A stretch of DNA of 64,000 nt from the human T2T-CHM13v2.0 reference genome, Homo sapiens. How positions within the stretch are numbered: position 1 is the first letter of the stretch; every line of letters begins with the position of its first letter. This document shows positions 27,294 through 44,109 of the stretch, one piece after another. The position numbers and the translations under genes were made by a program. The notes beneath the pieces are model-generated. The model was given only the letters and a program-made list of their open reading frames with translations, did not search any database and was not told where the DNA came from. Where the stretch lies: the NCBI RefSeq assembly GCF_009914755.1, contig NC_060939.1; one strand, given 5' to 3'.

Positions 27294-28087
27294 TTAGGAC
27301 AGTACATTTTTTGAGAAATCTCTGGATCACTTGCTCATTTTTCAATAGAGTCGTCTATCTTTTCTTATGGATTCGTTAGGGATGCTTTTGATATTCTAGA
27401 TCTGAGTATTTTGTTGATTACATGAATTGCAAATATCTTCTCTCTCTCTGTGGCTTGCCTTCTCACTCTCTTAATGGTGCCTTTTAAGGAATGGACATTC
27501 TTAATTTGAATGTGATTTGAATGATTTATCTTTTTATTTATGATTAGCCCTTTTTGTGTCCTATTTAAGAAATCTTTCTCTACACTCAAGACTGTGAAAA
27601 TATTTTCCTTTATTACCTCCTTGAAAATATGTTGTTTTGCCTTTTATATTTAGGTCTACAATCTACCTAAGCTTGATTTTTTTATGTGAGAAGGTCAACT
27701 TTAATTCTGTTTTCAAAAGGGTAAATAATACAATTGACCCAACACTATTTATATAAAATAATATCGTTTTCTTCCCCATTGTTTGATGTACCACCTTTTC
27801 AAAAATCAAGGGTTAATATATGCACTGGCCTGTTTCTAGGCTATCTGTTCCATTTGTCATGAGTCTATTTGTTTATCCTTGGGAACAATATCATGCCATC
27901 AACTGAACTATTACAGTTTTATAATAAATCATGATAGGTGGAAGAGGAAACTCTCCCCTCATTATTCTTCTTAAAGCGTATCTTAAGTATTCTTAGTTCT
28001 TTGCATTTCCACTTAAATTTCAGAATTGTATTAATAATGTCCTTTAAAAAACTCATTGGGATTTTTATTGAGATTGCATAGATCAGT

Positions 28088-28196
28088 TGTTACCCACCTT
28101 CTTGGTCTCCCAATGCAATAGAAATTGACATGAGATCAGAGAGTTTTCCCAGACAAGGCTTCACTGGAGCTTATGCTGGTGCATAAGGGAGGCAGC

Positions 28197-28250
<54 letters not shown>

Positions 28251-28284
28251 TATCTGGCTGACTCTCTGAAAAGAGCCAGTAGGG

Positions 28285-28327
<43 letters not shown>

Positions 28328-28691
28328 GCAAAGGATGGGAATTGACATCAGGGATAGATATGTAGGCTGGGTTGGGCACAGTATGTGAGGGGTAGGGTAC
28401 ACAGGTCAGCATATCTGGTTGTGATGGTTATCTTGAGTAACGGGCCACCTGATGGTCTGGCTGGTGGCAACAAGGTTATAAATCAATTGTTCAACATTCC
28501 TTCCTGTGCTGGGACACTCCACAACCTTGCTTCCATATTTTGGATCTCCTAAGGCCAGTTCCTGGAATTCTTTAAGTAAAACGACTATTAGTAGTGAAGT
28601 GGTGGTGTGGGTTTTGTGATCAGTGTGAGTGCATGAAAGAATGTTCTAGTGGGCGTGAGTTGAAGCCAAGCCCTGTCCCTACTCTGTCTTA
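28088..28691 (-). mobile_element. ERV1 solo LTR (MER66/MER73-like) containing (GA)n and a ~41-nt poly-T
   Basis: Ends gccaagccctgtccctactctgtct; (GA)n 28200-28247, T-run 28286-28326. Confidence 0.7.
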
Positions 28692-29069
28692 AATTTATGG
28701 AGAACTTACACTTTTACATTATTATATTTTTCAATATAAAATTGTTTTGGAAAATAGGAGGAAATGTTAATAATATCTAAAATATTACAATTTTAAATCG
28801 CTAAAGTGAAAGAAAACTTGGCTGCACATATAGACTCATGGTACCCAATATTGATATTAATACCTATAATATGACCATAGCCACCTTAGATTTTCTTGTG
28901 TGAATTAATCTGAAATATGTGGCAAAACCCACGTCTCCTCATTGGTGTTTTTTTCTGAAGCTAAGCAAACAACACCATGGTGGTTTGTGAATTGAAATGG
29001 TTTTTTCCAATGGAGCAATGTTGTCTGTGGCACTTTGGTACCAGAAAAGCCCTCAAAGCCCAAGAGACC

Positions 29070-29215
29070 CCCATTTTGCACAGGAGAAAATCAAGGCAGA
29101 GGTAGATTAAGTAGCTTGCTCCAACTGACCCAGCTAGTAAGTGGTACTGTTGGTATTTGAATCTGGGAAGTCTTGTGCAAGAGCTGCTGTCATTAACCAT
29201 TACACAACATTGCCT
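29070..29215 (-). mobile_element. MIR
   Basis: cccattttgcacaggagaaaatcaaggcagag...cagctagtaagtgg. Confidence 0.8.
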
Positions 29216-29820
29216 TTAAAAATTTGCTTATACCAATTAGGATTTCCTTTTCTCAGGAAATGAGGAATATGAAAATTGATAGCTGCTGGCAGGGGTTTAG
29301 CCTCTCCAGGGCACAATTTATATCTCTGTCATTCCATTGGTCTTTGTCTCACAGTCACAAGATGACTGACACACTCTGGGAATTGAAACTGCATGGCAGG
29401 CAGCACAAAGTTGGGAGTGGGTGGCACCATCAGTGTCTGCTCTGTTAACAACAAAGCTTTCCCCTAGGCTCCCTCCAACAGGTGAACATGTCCTCTACCA
29501 GAAAAGCGGCCCTTTCTGGTGGGCAGGAGAGACTGTCGTAGAGAGCTCATACTGGGTGAGCCGGTCCACAATGCCAGTCACAGCTTCTGGGACTTGAGCA
29601 AGGGCTCCAGCAGGGCACCACAACCAAATATCACGTTGGTTGGAATGGGCTGTAGTTTCTAGGGTCTCTTACTAACAGAAAAGTTTAAAGTTTCACCATC
29701 TTGTTTCTTGGTCTTCATTTAAATTAAACTCTTACTTTGATCCATTAGAAATTTGCAGTAGAAAAGAGAAAAAGCCATTCCGATACCCTGAAAGCAGAGA
29801 ACCTCTTATATTCATCTCTA

Positions 29821-30333
<513 letters not shown>

Positions 30334-32120
30334 TTACTTGAGCATCTAAATCTACCTCAGAGGGTCAAATCTTCATAAGGCATAAAATTTCTTTATGCTG
30401 GTCATTCACTCAGCATGTCTTTTTCTCCCCTTTTTCATCCTTTAATCAAGAATTTGGTCTCATGATAGCTCTGACCCACTCAGCGGCAACTAATTCAAAG
30501 AATGAATCTCCCCTCCTCCATGGAGAAGCAGTGTGAAGATGCAGAGTTGGAGCCTGTCTGCCCACATGGGATTTTCAGCACAGTGTCTGCATCATCTTTA
30601 CCGAGCACTTGAATAATTTAGATTGCATGTTCCATGAGGTCTTTGCCTGGTGGTGACAGACACTTAGGATGATCTCTCAAAATGCTCCAAGCTTTTGCAT
30701 GAAGTGGGTAAGTGATAGTGGTGATTTTAAACCAATCATGAGTTTGTGACGGAGTGTATTAATTTTTTTAAAATGAAGGCAAAAAGATTAAAGAAAAAGT
30801 TTAACACAGCTTAGAATTGAGGACCCCTAATGTCCTTTTCTACTTTCACCACTAATTGGGCAAACTTTAGGCAGGCCAGTGGCTCCTGAGTTGAAATAGG
30901 AGCCACGGAGCTTCTTTCTGAATTTATCCTCAGGGGGCAGGGCTCTGAACTACTTGAAAGAAATGGTTTGGGCAGTTTGGGGTCTGGGATTTGTTTTTGT
31001 TTTTTGCAGGTTTCTACTGCCTTTGTTTTGTGCCCTTTTAGTTGAGCCAAGCCCAGATCTGTTCTTCATCTGCAGGCTGCACTGCTTGATCAGAGATGGC
31101 CTATTTCCAAGATCTGGGCTGTGAGCCAAGGTTTGGTAAAACAGAACTCAAGAGGAAAGAGTCTCATTCCTCTTCTCTCTTTCATTTGGGTCAGACTGTA
31201 AGTGGCATCTAAGGCAAAGAGGACACATTTGTCCACTCTATTGTGAGGGCTGAAACGCAGAGCTAGCCAGGGACCCTCAACTGCTCAGGAGTTAGTGGGC
31301 TGCTCCCAATGCCCTGGTCATCTGTGGTTTCTCCTGAGTCTCTTCCCTGACTTTTACATCCTTCCACCCCCTGGGAAAATTCCAACTTCTCATCCTCCAA
31401 GCAGTGTCTGTCCTGTCTTCCCCTTTATTCCTACCAGTCTCTTTAGTTCAGTCACCCTGTTTTTCCCTGTCTCTGCTGTTCTTTTCCTCTTTCTCCTTCC
31501 TCATGGTCCTTCTTTGAGTTTTTATTCTTTTCATTTTCCCTTTCTCTTTTTTTTTTTGTTTTTGTGCCTTAGAACTTCTGCTGTCATTCATGGGCCTTAA
31601 AGGAAATGTGGAATCTGAGAATAGGCAGCTACAGCTAATGAAATCAGCCTGTGTTTGGTGCCTGGGGACAGGACAAAAAGATGGCTAACCCCAGACAGCA
31701 CCATGAAGACAGGCTACTGGAAGGATCATGGCAGCAAATCATAGTTGTGATTGTGGCCCATATGTTTGCCAATTCATTCCCTCACCAAATATTGATTGGG
31801 TGCCTACAGAAATGAAGATGCCACTCTGTCCTCAAGGGTTAAAGGCTGCTTTTATGGCCTTTCTCCCAGAGCTGTCCAATTAATCCTCATCTCTTTTGTA
31901 TAAAGATGAGCAACAGGTGTGGAGCATAACATTGACACACACAGTCACTAAATGATTTAAGCAAATGCCAAAGGATTTGGTCATTACCGTAAGTAACAAG
32001 ACACTGTTCTAAGCCAAAACATTTTCAATTACATTAGGATAGATAAAATCTAGATGGCATTCCAGTTGAATTATATGCTGTCACAGGTGACCTGAGACCA
32101 CCTTCGGAAATATACATAGA

Positions 32121-32272
32121 GGCCGGGTCCGGTGGCTCGTGCCCGTAATCACAGCACTTTGGGAGGACAAGGTGGGAGGATCGCTTGAGCCCAGGAATTT
32201 GAGAGCAGCCTGGGCAAGAAAGCAAGACCCTGTCTCTATAGATGAAAAAAAAATCTTAAAGAAAAAAGAAAA
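32121..32272 (+). mobile_element. FLAM monomer
   Basis: Left monomer with A tail; TSD gaaat(at/cc)acataga. Confidence 0.85.
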
Positions 32273-33317
32273 GAAATCCACATAGAATTCTTGAATGACT
32301 TTTTATAACGAGATAAACCAAAGACTCTCCACAAGTCTTTGCTCAGATGGAATAGCCTTTATCCATCTTTTAAAAGAAATGTTAAGATACGGTCTAAAGT
32401 AAGCCTGGTCTTGGATAGTCCTGTTATTCCTTCAGAAAAGTAACTTAAACAATTTACTTAGCTAAGTAAACAATTTAAACAATAAATATTATAACCAGGT
32501 CAGGTACCTACACTGGCTTTACCAAGGGGTATGTGATATAGTACACTGTCAAATTAATGGAATTCCTTGCAAAATCAACACAGAGCCTCTATGGGGTTAC
32601 ACATTTTAGTTTAGGATCCATAGGACTACTGGATTCTGCTGAGGAATTCTGTCATAATAAATCCCATTCAGCTATAACGTCCAGGTGTCAGACGGTGCAA
32701 AACAGAATTAAAACTGTTTTTTAACGTGCATGCTCTTTGGTAACATGAACATCTTAAGATTCTATAAGCATTTATGAGTTCCATCTCCTAAGAGCTTATT
32801 ACAGTGCTTGCCTGATCTCAAGCAGGTGATTAACAAAAGTTTGTGGATGGTTGACTCTACCTGGTAAGTCCAGTTAATCAGATTGAATCATTTTCCAGTA
32901 ATGCTGATTAAACTCCCACCTGTGCACCATGCATCTGACTTTTCAGAACTCACTATTCATAGGCCGTGAGTCACTCTCCTCCCACCCACATGCTGATATT
33001 CCACAGTTGTCAGAGTGCATCTACACATTTATGTAATGATTCACCAGGAAAGAAAGGGGAACTAGAGGAAGGGAAGGACAAAGTTAGACAAAGAGAATAA
33101 TGAACAGTTATTGTCAAAAAGGCTGTTGTCTTTGAATACAATATTAGCACTATATTTTTAAATTATGTTAATTTGCTTAAAGTCTCTTGTGACAAGTACA
33201 TGAAAAATAGACCAGAAATTAGGAATTATAAAGGATTTCAAGACAAATCCCAACAGAACCCAATAGAGTAGATGTAGAGATGGACAGAAAAATGAAGACA
33301 AGGATTTAATGTAGTTA

Positions 33318-33783
<466 letters not shown>

Positions 33784-34195
33784 TCACTGCTACAGTTGGG
33801 CTCAGCTTTGAGGAAATATCTGTGGTGTTCAGAACACTCTGTCAAGCTCCACGCAGAAGGAGGGGAAACGTTCTTCTTTGCACCTTAGTCACTTAATTTC
33901 AAATGTAGAGATGGGGGAAGAAGGAGGTGGAGGAAGAAGAGAAGAAAAACCAAATGACACACTTATCTACTTGCTTTGCATGTTGTCTCATTTAATCCTC
34001 AGCACAAATCCATGAGCTTTTTTGCAGCCAGTATTATTGAGGTATAATTGACTGATTCCAACTGCATAAATTTAAATTACACAATTTGATGAGGCCGATG
34101 AAATGATAACCCCAATCAAGATAATAACTATATCCATCATCCACAAAAGTTTTCTCATATTCCCTCATAATGCCCCCTCTTCCCAGGCAAGCTGA

Positions 34196-34572
<377 letters not shown>

Positions 34573-35135
34573 TTGGTCTTTCTTTAAAAAAAAAAAAATC
34601 AGCGTAATCATTTTGAGATTTACCCATGCTGTTGCATACACCAACAGTTCAATCATTTTTCTTGCTGAGTAATATTCCATTGAATGAATACATAAAAATG
34701 TATTTAACCTTTCAGCTCCTGATGGACATTTGGGTTGTTTCCAGTTTAGGAATATTACAAATAAGCTGCTATGAATATTTGTATGTGAGTCTTTGTTTGA
34801 GCTATACTTTAGTTTCTCTTGGGTGAGTGCCTAGGAGTTGGATTACTGGGTCATATGGTTGGTGTATATTTAAGTTTTTAAGAAGCAGCCAAAATGTTTT
34901 CCAAAGTGATTGTTTTATTTTTAATTCCAATTGGCAATATATGGAGAGTTCTGGTTGCTTCACATCCTTGCTCACACGTGGCTATGGGCAAACTTCATTT
35001 TTGCCATTCTAGGGGGTATATAGTGGTACCTCCTTGCGGTATTTATTTGCATTTCCCTTATGGCTTATGATATTGAGAATCTTTTCATGTGCTCGTAGCC
35101 CATTTGCATATGTTTTTTGCTTAAATATTTTGCTC

Positions 35136-35443
35136 TTTTTTGTGTATGCGTGACAGAGTCTCACTCTGTTGCCCAGCCTGGAGTGCAGTGGTGCAATCTT
35201 GGCTCACTGCAACCTCCGCTTCCTGAGTTCAAGTGATTCTCATGCCTCAGCCTCCTGAGTAGCTGGGATTACAGATGTGTACCACCATGCACATCTGTAA
35301 TCCCAGCTACTTTTTATATTTTTAGTAGAGACGGAATTTCATCATGTTGCCCAGGCTAGTCTCAAACTCCTGGCCTCATGTGATCTGCCTGCCTTGACCT
35401 CCCAGAATGTGGTGATTACAGGCATGAGCCACCACACCTGGCC
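35136..35443 (-). mobile_element. AluS containing a 22-bp perfect inverted repeat
   Basis: Full dimer; arms at 35258-35279 and 35290-35311. Confidence 0.95.
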
Positions 35444-35678
35444 TCATTTTTAACTGGGTTTCTTGTCTTTTTCAAATTAAGTTATAAGAGTTCTTTATAG
35501 ATTCTAAACACAAATTTTTTGTTGGATATAGGTTTTGATTTACCTTTTCATTTTTGTTACTGTATCTTTGAAGAGCAAAACTGTTACTTTGAATAAGTTC
35601 AATTTATTAATTTTTTTCTGTTATAACTTGGACTTTTATATTGTAGTTAATAAATATTTGCTAAATCCATAGTCACTA

Positions 35679-35828
<150 letters not shown>

Positions 35829-38800
35829 TTATCTTAGTTTTTCTTCAAGTGTTTTTATAGTTGGAATTCTTACATTTAGGTCTAAGATTCATTGTGAGTT
35901 AATTTTGTATATAGTGTAGTAAAGGCCAAGGTTCATTCTGATTTTTACGTTCATTTTGATATTATGTTTCAGCACCAGGAAAGTCCATATTTTTCCTATT
36001 GTGTTACCTTGACTTCTTTGATCAATCAATCTCAGCCAATTGATGACTGTAATAATGGAGTAGGGGTATATTTCTAGATTTCTCCTGATAAGTACAGCTT
36101 AAAATTTGGAAAATGACATGGTGACGAGTTTTCTTTTTACTTCATATACCTCGGACTGGAAAGTGGAAAAGCTGCCAACCTGGAAACACCACTGGACACA
36201 GAACGATAACAACAAAAGTCTAAGAAAAGTTTTCTCTCTAGCCATAAGACTAGGAAAGGGGCAACCTTGACAAACCAAAAACTTTTAGATCATCGACACT
36301 CTACTCTCGCCACACATTACAGAAAAAATGTTGAGGTGCCATCCATACCCCTACCAGCAAATATAGAATGCAGAGCACAGGCTTCCACACTCGCATCGCA
36401 ACCCTTCCTCCCCTACCAGAGTGCTGTCAGAGAGGGCCCACAGGAAGCCAGCCCTCCTCTCCCACCACAGTGTCAGTGGACACCACACAGGGAGCCTAGA
36501 CGTCCATCTTCACTCAGCTAGTGTTGATAAGGCAACTCTCCCTCTCCCTGCTGGGGGGTGGTGGCAGAGGAAGCCTAGATGAGAGTCAGAACTTTCACCA
36601 CTGCTCAGTGGCATTTAAGGCCACCCACTTACAGTTTTAGTGGATGCCACATGAGCAGTGATAAGATGCCCCACTCCTTCACAGGCAGGGGCATATTAGT
36701 GTAGCCTTGGTGGGAGCTGGCATTCTCACTAATACCCCACAGTACAGAGGAGCTACCCCTTCAGGCGTCAATGGAGGTCAAGTAGTAAACCTGGGCATTT
36801 ACCCACTGGACAGTAAAAAAGTACCCACTAGAACTTCTCCTTCCCCTGCTAGAGTAGTGTCAAAGAAAGCTAGTTAAAACAGAAAGTTTAAATAAGATCC
36901 AGAGTCTCCTAACATAATAACCAAAATGTCTAACTATCAATTTTAAATGTACATGTTATACAAAGAACCAGGAATACTTCAACAGCAAAATGAAGAGTAG
37001 AGGGGGAAAGAATCAGTGAACTTGAGAACAGAACAAGAGAATTACCCAAACTGAACAACAGAGAGAAAATATATTTCAAATAAATAAATGAATCCTCAGA
37101 GACATGAGTATAGGGAAAAATATAATATTCATGTCATTATAGGCACATAATAAGAGGATGGGGGTGGGGACAAAAGATTATTAGAAGAATTAGTGGCTGA
37201 AAATTTTTCAAATGGCAAAACTCATAAACCTACAGACTCATAAAACTGAGAAAATTTCAAATAGGATAAACCAGAGAAATCCACACCAAGACACATCTTA
37301 GTCAAACAATAGAAAGTAAAAAATAAGAAAAAAAATTGAAAGCAGCCAAAGAGAAGTGATACATTATATTTAGGAGAAAAACAATTAGAATGACAGCAGA
37401 TGTCATGTCAGAAACCATGGAGATGAGGGTAAAGTGATACAATATGTTTCCAGTACAGACAAAAGAATTGCCAGTCCAGAATTCTGTATCCAGTGAAAAT
37501 CTTCTTCTGAGTGAAGGGGAAATCATTCTCATATGAAGAAAAATTAAGAGAATTTGTTGTTAACAGAAGTTTTTGAAACAAAGAAAATGATAAATGAAGA
37601 ATGTAGGAAATCGAGGAATAATAAAAAATAAATAAAAATATGAGTAAATACAATAGATTTTTTTTCTTTTGAGTTTTCTAAGTCATGTTTGATCGTTAAA
37701 GCAAAACATTGTAACGATGTCTAATGCAGTTCTCAATCTATTAGGGAACGATTTCATACAAATATATTACAAATGGGGAAGGGTAAATTGACAAAGGAGG
37801 GAAAGTGGTAAAGGAGGGAAGTGGTAAAGTGTTGGCACCAGTATATGGTGATAAGTTACATATATGTAATGTAATACTTAGAGTATTCATAAATTTAAAA
37901 TTCTGCAAAAAGAAATCTGTAGGCCCACATAGTTTCATACCAGTTCTACACAATCTCTTTCAGGAAATCTATCAACTCAAACTGTAAGGCCAGTATTACA
38001 TTGCTCTTAAAACCAGACAAACGCAGTACAAAAAGAAAACCGTAGACCAATATCTGTCATGAATTTAGATACAAAAATCCTTTTAAAGTTAGCAAATATA
38101 ATGCAATAGTATATGAAAGCAACTATATACCATGACAAAGAGGAATTTATTTTAGTGATGCAAGGCTGGGTGAATATTTGAAAATAACCATATTAATAAG
38201 TTAAAGAAGAATCGCATGATTATATCAATTGTTGCAGAAAAAGCATTTTACAAAATTTAAAACCCATTATTGACACAACCCTCAGAAATATACTGAATAG
38301 AGAGGAACTTTCTCAACTTGTTAAAAAGCATCTACAAAAACTTTACGGCTATATCATACTTAATGCTGAAGACTGGATGCTTTATCCCTAAGATTGAGAA
38401 CAAGGCAAAGATTTCTACTCTTACCGCTGCAAATCCATACAGAACTGGAAGATGTAGCCAGCTCAATTAGGCAGGGATAGGAAAAGTAAACCATACATAT
38501 TAGAAGAGGAGAAATAAAACTGTCCTATTTGCAGTAGATATTGTCTAAATAATACATTTCATGGAGTATATAAAAATTCCTAGACCTAATAAGTGAATTC
38601 CATAGAGTTACAGGCTACAAAATCAACATGCAGCGATCAATTGTATTTCTGTATACTAACAATGGACACGTGGAAACCAAATTTAAAAATACAATACCAT
38701 TAACAATAATTCAAAATAAAAAGGGAGAAATACATAGTTTTAAATCTAGCAAAACATTTACAGGACTGGCATGCTGAAAACTATAAAATGCTAATGGAAG

Positions 38801-38876
38801 AAAGGAAAACAAGATGGAAATAGAGAGCTATTTCATGATCAGAGATTTGAAGACATAACATAGTAACAATGTCAAT

Positions 38877-39038
38877 GGCTGGGCATGGTGGCACATCCCT
38901 ATAGTCCCAGCACTTTGGAAGGCAGAGGCTGGAGGAATACTTGAGCCCAGGAACTCCAGGCTGCAGTGAGCTATGATGGTGCTACTGCACTCCAGCCTGG
39001 GTAACATAGAGAGAGCCTGTCCCCTAAAAAAAAAAAAA
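38877..39038 (+). mobile_element. FRAM-like Alu monomer
   Basis: Single right-type monomer with A tail, no TSD seen. Confidence 0.85.
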
Positions 39039-39269
39039 GAAATGCAGATGGCAAATAAACACATTAAAAGATGTTCAACATCATTAGCCATTAGGGAAAT
39101 GCAGATTAAGACTACAATAAGATATCACTACACACCTATTAGAACAGGTAAAATAAAAAATAGTGACAGCACCAAATGCTGTAGAAGAGGAACCGAATCT
39201 CTCATACCTTACTGGTGGGAATGTACCCGATGCTACAGCTACTATGGAAAACATTGTGGCAGCTTATTA

Positions 39270-39617
<348 letters not shown>

Positions 39618-40524
39618 TTAGTGTACAATCATGGGCTTTTATCCCAGAGAAATGGAGACTTATGTCTGCACAAATTGTGTACATAATTGTTCACAGCAGC
39701 ATTATTTGTAAATAGCCAAAAACCGGAAACACCAGAATGTCCCTTATAGGTGAATGGCTGAACAAACTGGAGCAAATTCATACCATGGAGTACTACTCAG
39801 CAGCAAAATAGAATGAACTATGGATACAATGACCGGGAAGTATCCCAAGGGCATTATGCTAAGTGAAAAACAGCCAATATCAAAAGGTTACACATTGTAT
39901 AATACTGTTTATATACCATTCTTGAAATTATAAAATTGCAGAGACAGGAAACAGATTGGTAGTGAGGGCTAGCACAAAGGTATCTTTGCGGTCATGGAAT
40001 AGTTCTGTGTCTTGAGTGTCGTGGTAGCTACACGAATCTACATATGTGCTAAAACGACACAGAACTATGCACTCACATTGTATCAATGTCAAATTCCTGG
40101 TTTTGATATTGCACTGTAATAATGTAAGATGTGACTATGGGGGAGAAACTGGGTTAAGGATCCATGAGACCTGTGTGCTGCCTTTGCAACCTCCTGTGAA
40201 TATTTATTTCAAAAGTTAAAATATCAGTGGAAGATGTAAGTGCTGGTATTTCTGAACAGTATTCTGTTCCATTGATCAATATGTTTATTTTTATGGTCAT
40301 TTTATAGTAAGCATTGAAATCAGGTAGTGTCATGAGTCAATTACTAAAATACCTTCATTGGGTATATGTTGAAACTCAGACTCAGAGAGGTAGATACCTT
40401 TTTTAAGGTCAGTCATCTGGAAAGGGCAAAATGTATTTAAAACCAGATTTTCCTAATTTCAAAGATCCTGTCCTTTTACTGGCGTTAATACATATGCATA
40501 CACTGATCATAAACTCACAGAAGT

Positions 40525-41062
<538 letters not shown>

Positions 41063-41524
41063 TCAGATCATGAATATGAGGTAGTTGATCTATTAGACAG
41101 TGAATAAAGGTAATTTTGAATAACAGATCTTGAAAAACATGAGACCGTTAAAATTTAACATTTTTGCATACCTTTGTGAAAATCCTTGGCTAAGACTTAG
41201 GAGTCATGAAACAGTCTTGGTGAGAGTTTGTATGGGTAGGTAACTAGGTGAGGCTTGGGTATCACCCAGAACCTACCCCTGACAAGAGCAGGGCTGCTGT
41301 TTTATGCTTTTGACTTTTACATATTAAAATTTTCTTTTTGGTCTTGATTATTTCAGGCAAGAAATAAATTATAATTCAGATTGTTTATTGCCTCTAAGTA
41401 ATGTGTCATTTCTGTCTGGCTCCTTTGAAGATTTTTATCTTTAGTTTTCACAAGTTTAATTACGTTGTGTCTTGTTAGGGACTTTGGGTTTTATTTGGGA
41501 TTCAAGCTTCTTGAATCTGTAGGC

Positions 41525-42181
41525 ATGGTGGGCTGACAAATGCAGTCCCCCCCTCAAAAAAAGATATCCATGTCAAATCCCTGGAACCTGTGGACATTAC
41601 CTTATATGAAAAAAAAAACAAAGGGTCTTTCGGGTAGGCATCGTGGCTCATGCCTGTAATCCCAGCACTGGGAAGCTGAGGTGGGAGGATCGTTTGAGCC
41701 CGGGAGGTCAAGGCTACATTGAGCACCACTCACTCCAGCCTGGTGACAGAGTAAGACCCTGTCGCCAAAAAAAGGTGGGAGTGGGGAGTCTTACAGATGT
41801 GATTAAGTTAAGAATCTTGAGATAAAGGAGTAATCTTAGATTATCTCAGGTGGACCCTAAATACTATCACAGGTATCCTTGTAAAGAAAAGAAGAGAAAA
41901 TTGACACACAGAGAAAACACAGAAAAGAGAAGGCAATGTAATCATGGAGGCAGTGGCTGGAGTGACGGAGCCACAAACAAGAACACCAACAGCCTGCAGC
42001 TGGAAGAGGCCAGGCATGGAGTCTTCCCTGGAGCTTTCGGAGCCTGCAGACACCTTGATTTTGGTCCAGTGATTTTTTATTTCCGACTTCAGGCCTCCAG
42101 AACTGTGAGAGAACACATTTCTGCTCTTTTAAGACAACAGGTTTGTGGTGATTCGTTATGGCAGCACAGGAAACTCATGCA
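41525..42181 (+). mobile_element. MLT1C/D LTR with FRAM-like insertion at 41632-41772
   Basis: gatatccatgtcaaatccctggaacctgtg...cctccagaactgtgagag. Confidence 0.85.
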
Positions 42182-42300
42182 GCACATTTATATTTTTTAC
42201 CAAATTTGAGAAATTTTCAGACATTATTTCTTCTGACACTTTCCAGTTCCACCCTCTCTTTCCTCTTTTTCTTTAACTTCAGTGATTTGAATCTTAGCTC

Positions 42301-42611
42301 TTTTTATTTTTTATTTTTATTTTTATTGCGATAGAGTCATGCTCTTGTCGCCCAGGCTGGAGTGCAGTAGTGTGATCTTGGCTCACTGCAACCTCTGTCT
42401 CCAGGGTTCAAGCTATCATCCTGCCCCAACTTCCCAAGTAGCTGGGATTACAGGCATGCACCTCCTCACCCAGCTAGTTTTTTTGTATTTTTGTAGAGAC
42501 AGGGTTTCACGATGTTGACCAGGCTGGTCTTGAACTCCTGACCTCAGGTGATCCGCCTGCCTCGGCCTCGCAACGTGTTGAGATTACAGGCATAAGCCGC
42601 CACGCCCGGCC
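42301..42611 (-). mobile_element. AluS
   Basis: Full dimer; TSD aatctta(g/a)ctctttttatt. Confidence 0.95.
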
Positions 42612-44109
42612 CAAATCTTAACTCTTTTTATTGTCTTACAGTTCCCTGAACCTCTGTTAAATTTTTTTTCAGTCTATTTTCTCTCTGTTGTTCAGACTGG
42701 GTTAATGCCACTGACGTGTCCTCAAGTTTATTGTTTCTATTCTCTGTCGTCTCCACTCTATTATTTTTTCCAGCTTGTTTTTCATTTCAGTTATTTTATT
42801 TTGCAGTTCTGTAATTTGCATCTGGTTCTTTTAAAAAATAATTTCTATTTCTTTGCTGCATTTTTCTATTTTTTCAGTTTGTTTCAAGAGAATTTTAACC
42901 ACATGTGGAGGCATTTTTATGATGCCTGCTTTAAAGTTCTTTTCAGAACATTCCAAAAACTGATATTGCCTTTTCTCATTCAAATTGTGGTCTCCTGGTT
43001 CTTGGCTTTTGTGGAGTTTTCAGTTGTAGCCTAGCCTTTTTGGATATTAGGCTATGAGCCTCTACATCCTATCCAATCATCTTTTTTAGCAAGCATTGCC
43101 CCTGGAGGTAGCACAAGGGCCAGGTGGGTGACTGTGTCCATCTTCCCACTGAGCCCTGCCAGTACCAGTGTGAACATTGAGCAAGCCAAATTCACACCAC
43201 CTCCTTGGACTGCAGGGGATAAAGGTTCAGCCTTTCTTCGTTGTTGACCCCTTCTGGGTAGAAGTTGGGCACTAATTCACACCACCTCATTGCCTACAAG
43301 GTTCAGGAGCTCAGCTCAGCTCTTTGCTAGGCTCTGGTTGACCCTGGGGAGTGAGAAGCAGAGGGCTGACTTCCGTCATGGGAGTAGAGGCTCAACTCAC
43401 CCTGGACCCCCTGACTCTACCATGGCAGGGAGACTTGTGTGTCTCACTTGTGTCCCCGGGCAGAGGGTGCACCATGAGCTCCCTGCTCAACCCCACCACA
43501 GCGGGCCACCACCTGCTCTGTGGTAGAGGGGGCAGGTGGAAAATCAGCACCTGCCAGGCCACCGACACAGGTAGGAGTGGTTTGTTTTTTTTTCTTGATA
43601 TTTGACTGGAGTAGGGGTGGCATTGCCAAAAGGTTTTCTGTCCTTAGCTCAGCTTTCCTGGCCCGAGGCTTAGCATGCCAGCCTGCCTGGGGCCTTCTGA
43701 GTCTGTGCCTGTGGTGGTCTGGCGGGAGGCTCTGTGGCTGCGCCTGGGATACTGGGAGGCAACACCACGTGTGGTTTCCCAGGTTCCTAGGCAGCGGCCC
43801 CTTGTCAGTCTCCCCAAGTGCATTTGTTGTGTTGTGTCAGGGCATTTTTTGTCTTGAGAGGAGGACCTGGAGGAGTGGGACTGCTCCATCTTGGTGGAGC
43901 TACAAGCAATCATGCATTGATGATTTTGTATTATTTTACTTGGTGAAGAGTTCTCATAAAAACCTGAAAATGACTCAAAAATTCCTTCTGGGGCTGAAAT
44001 TCTCAGTCTTTGTCATTTCAACTAGGTGGGAAACAAATCCTGTCCCATTCATTGCATTCCTAAGGCTGTTGGTCTTTATGTTGCTACCCCAGAGAGGCAG
44101 GGATTGCTT

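Larger units (their letters stand above)
41390..43900 (-). mobile_element. Old L1 ORF1/5' region split by MLT1 and Alu
   Basis: aaatttgagaaattttcagacattatttcttc; cagtctattttctctctgttgttcagactgggt. Confidence 0.7.
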
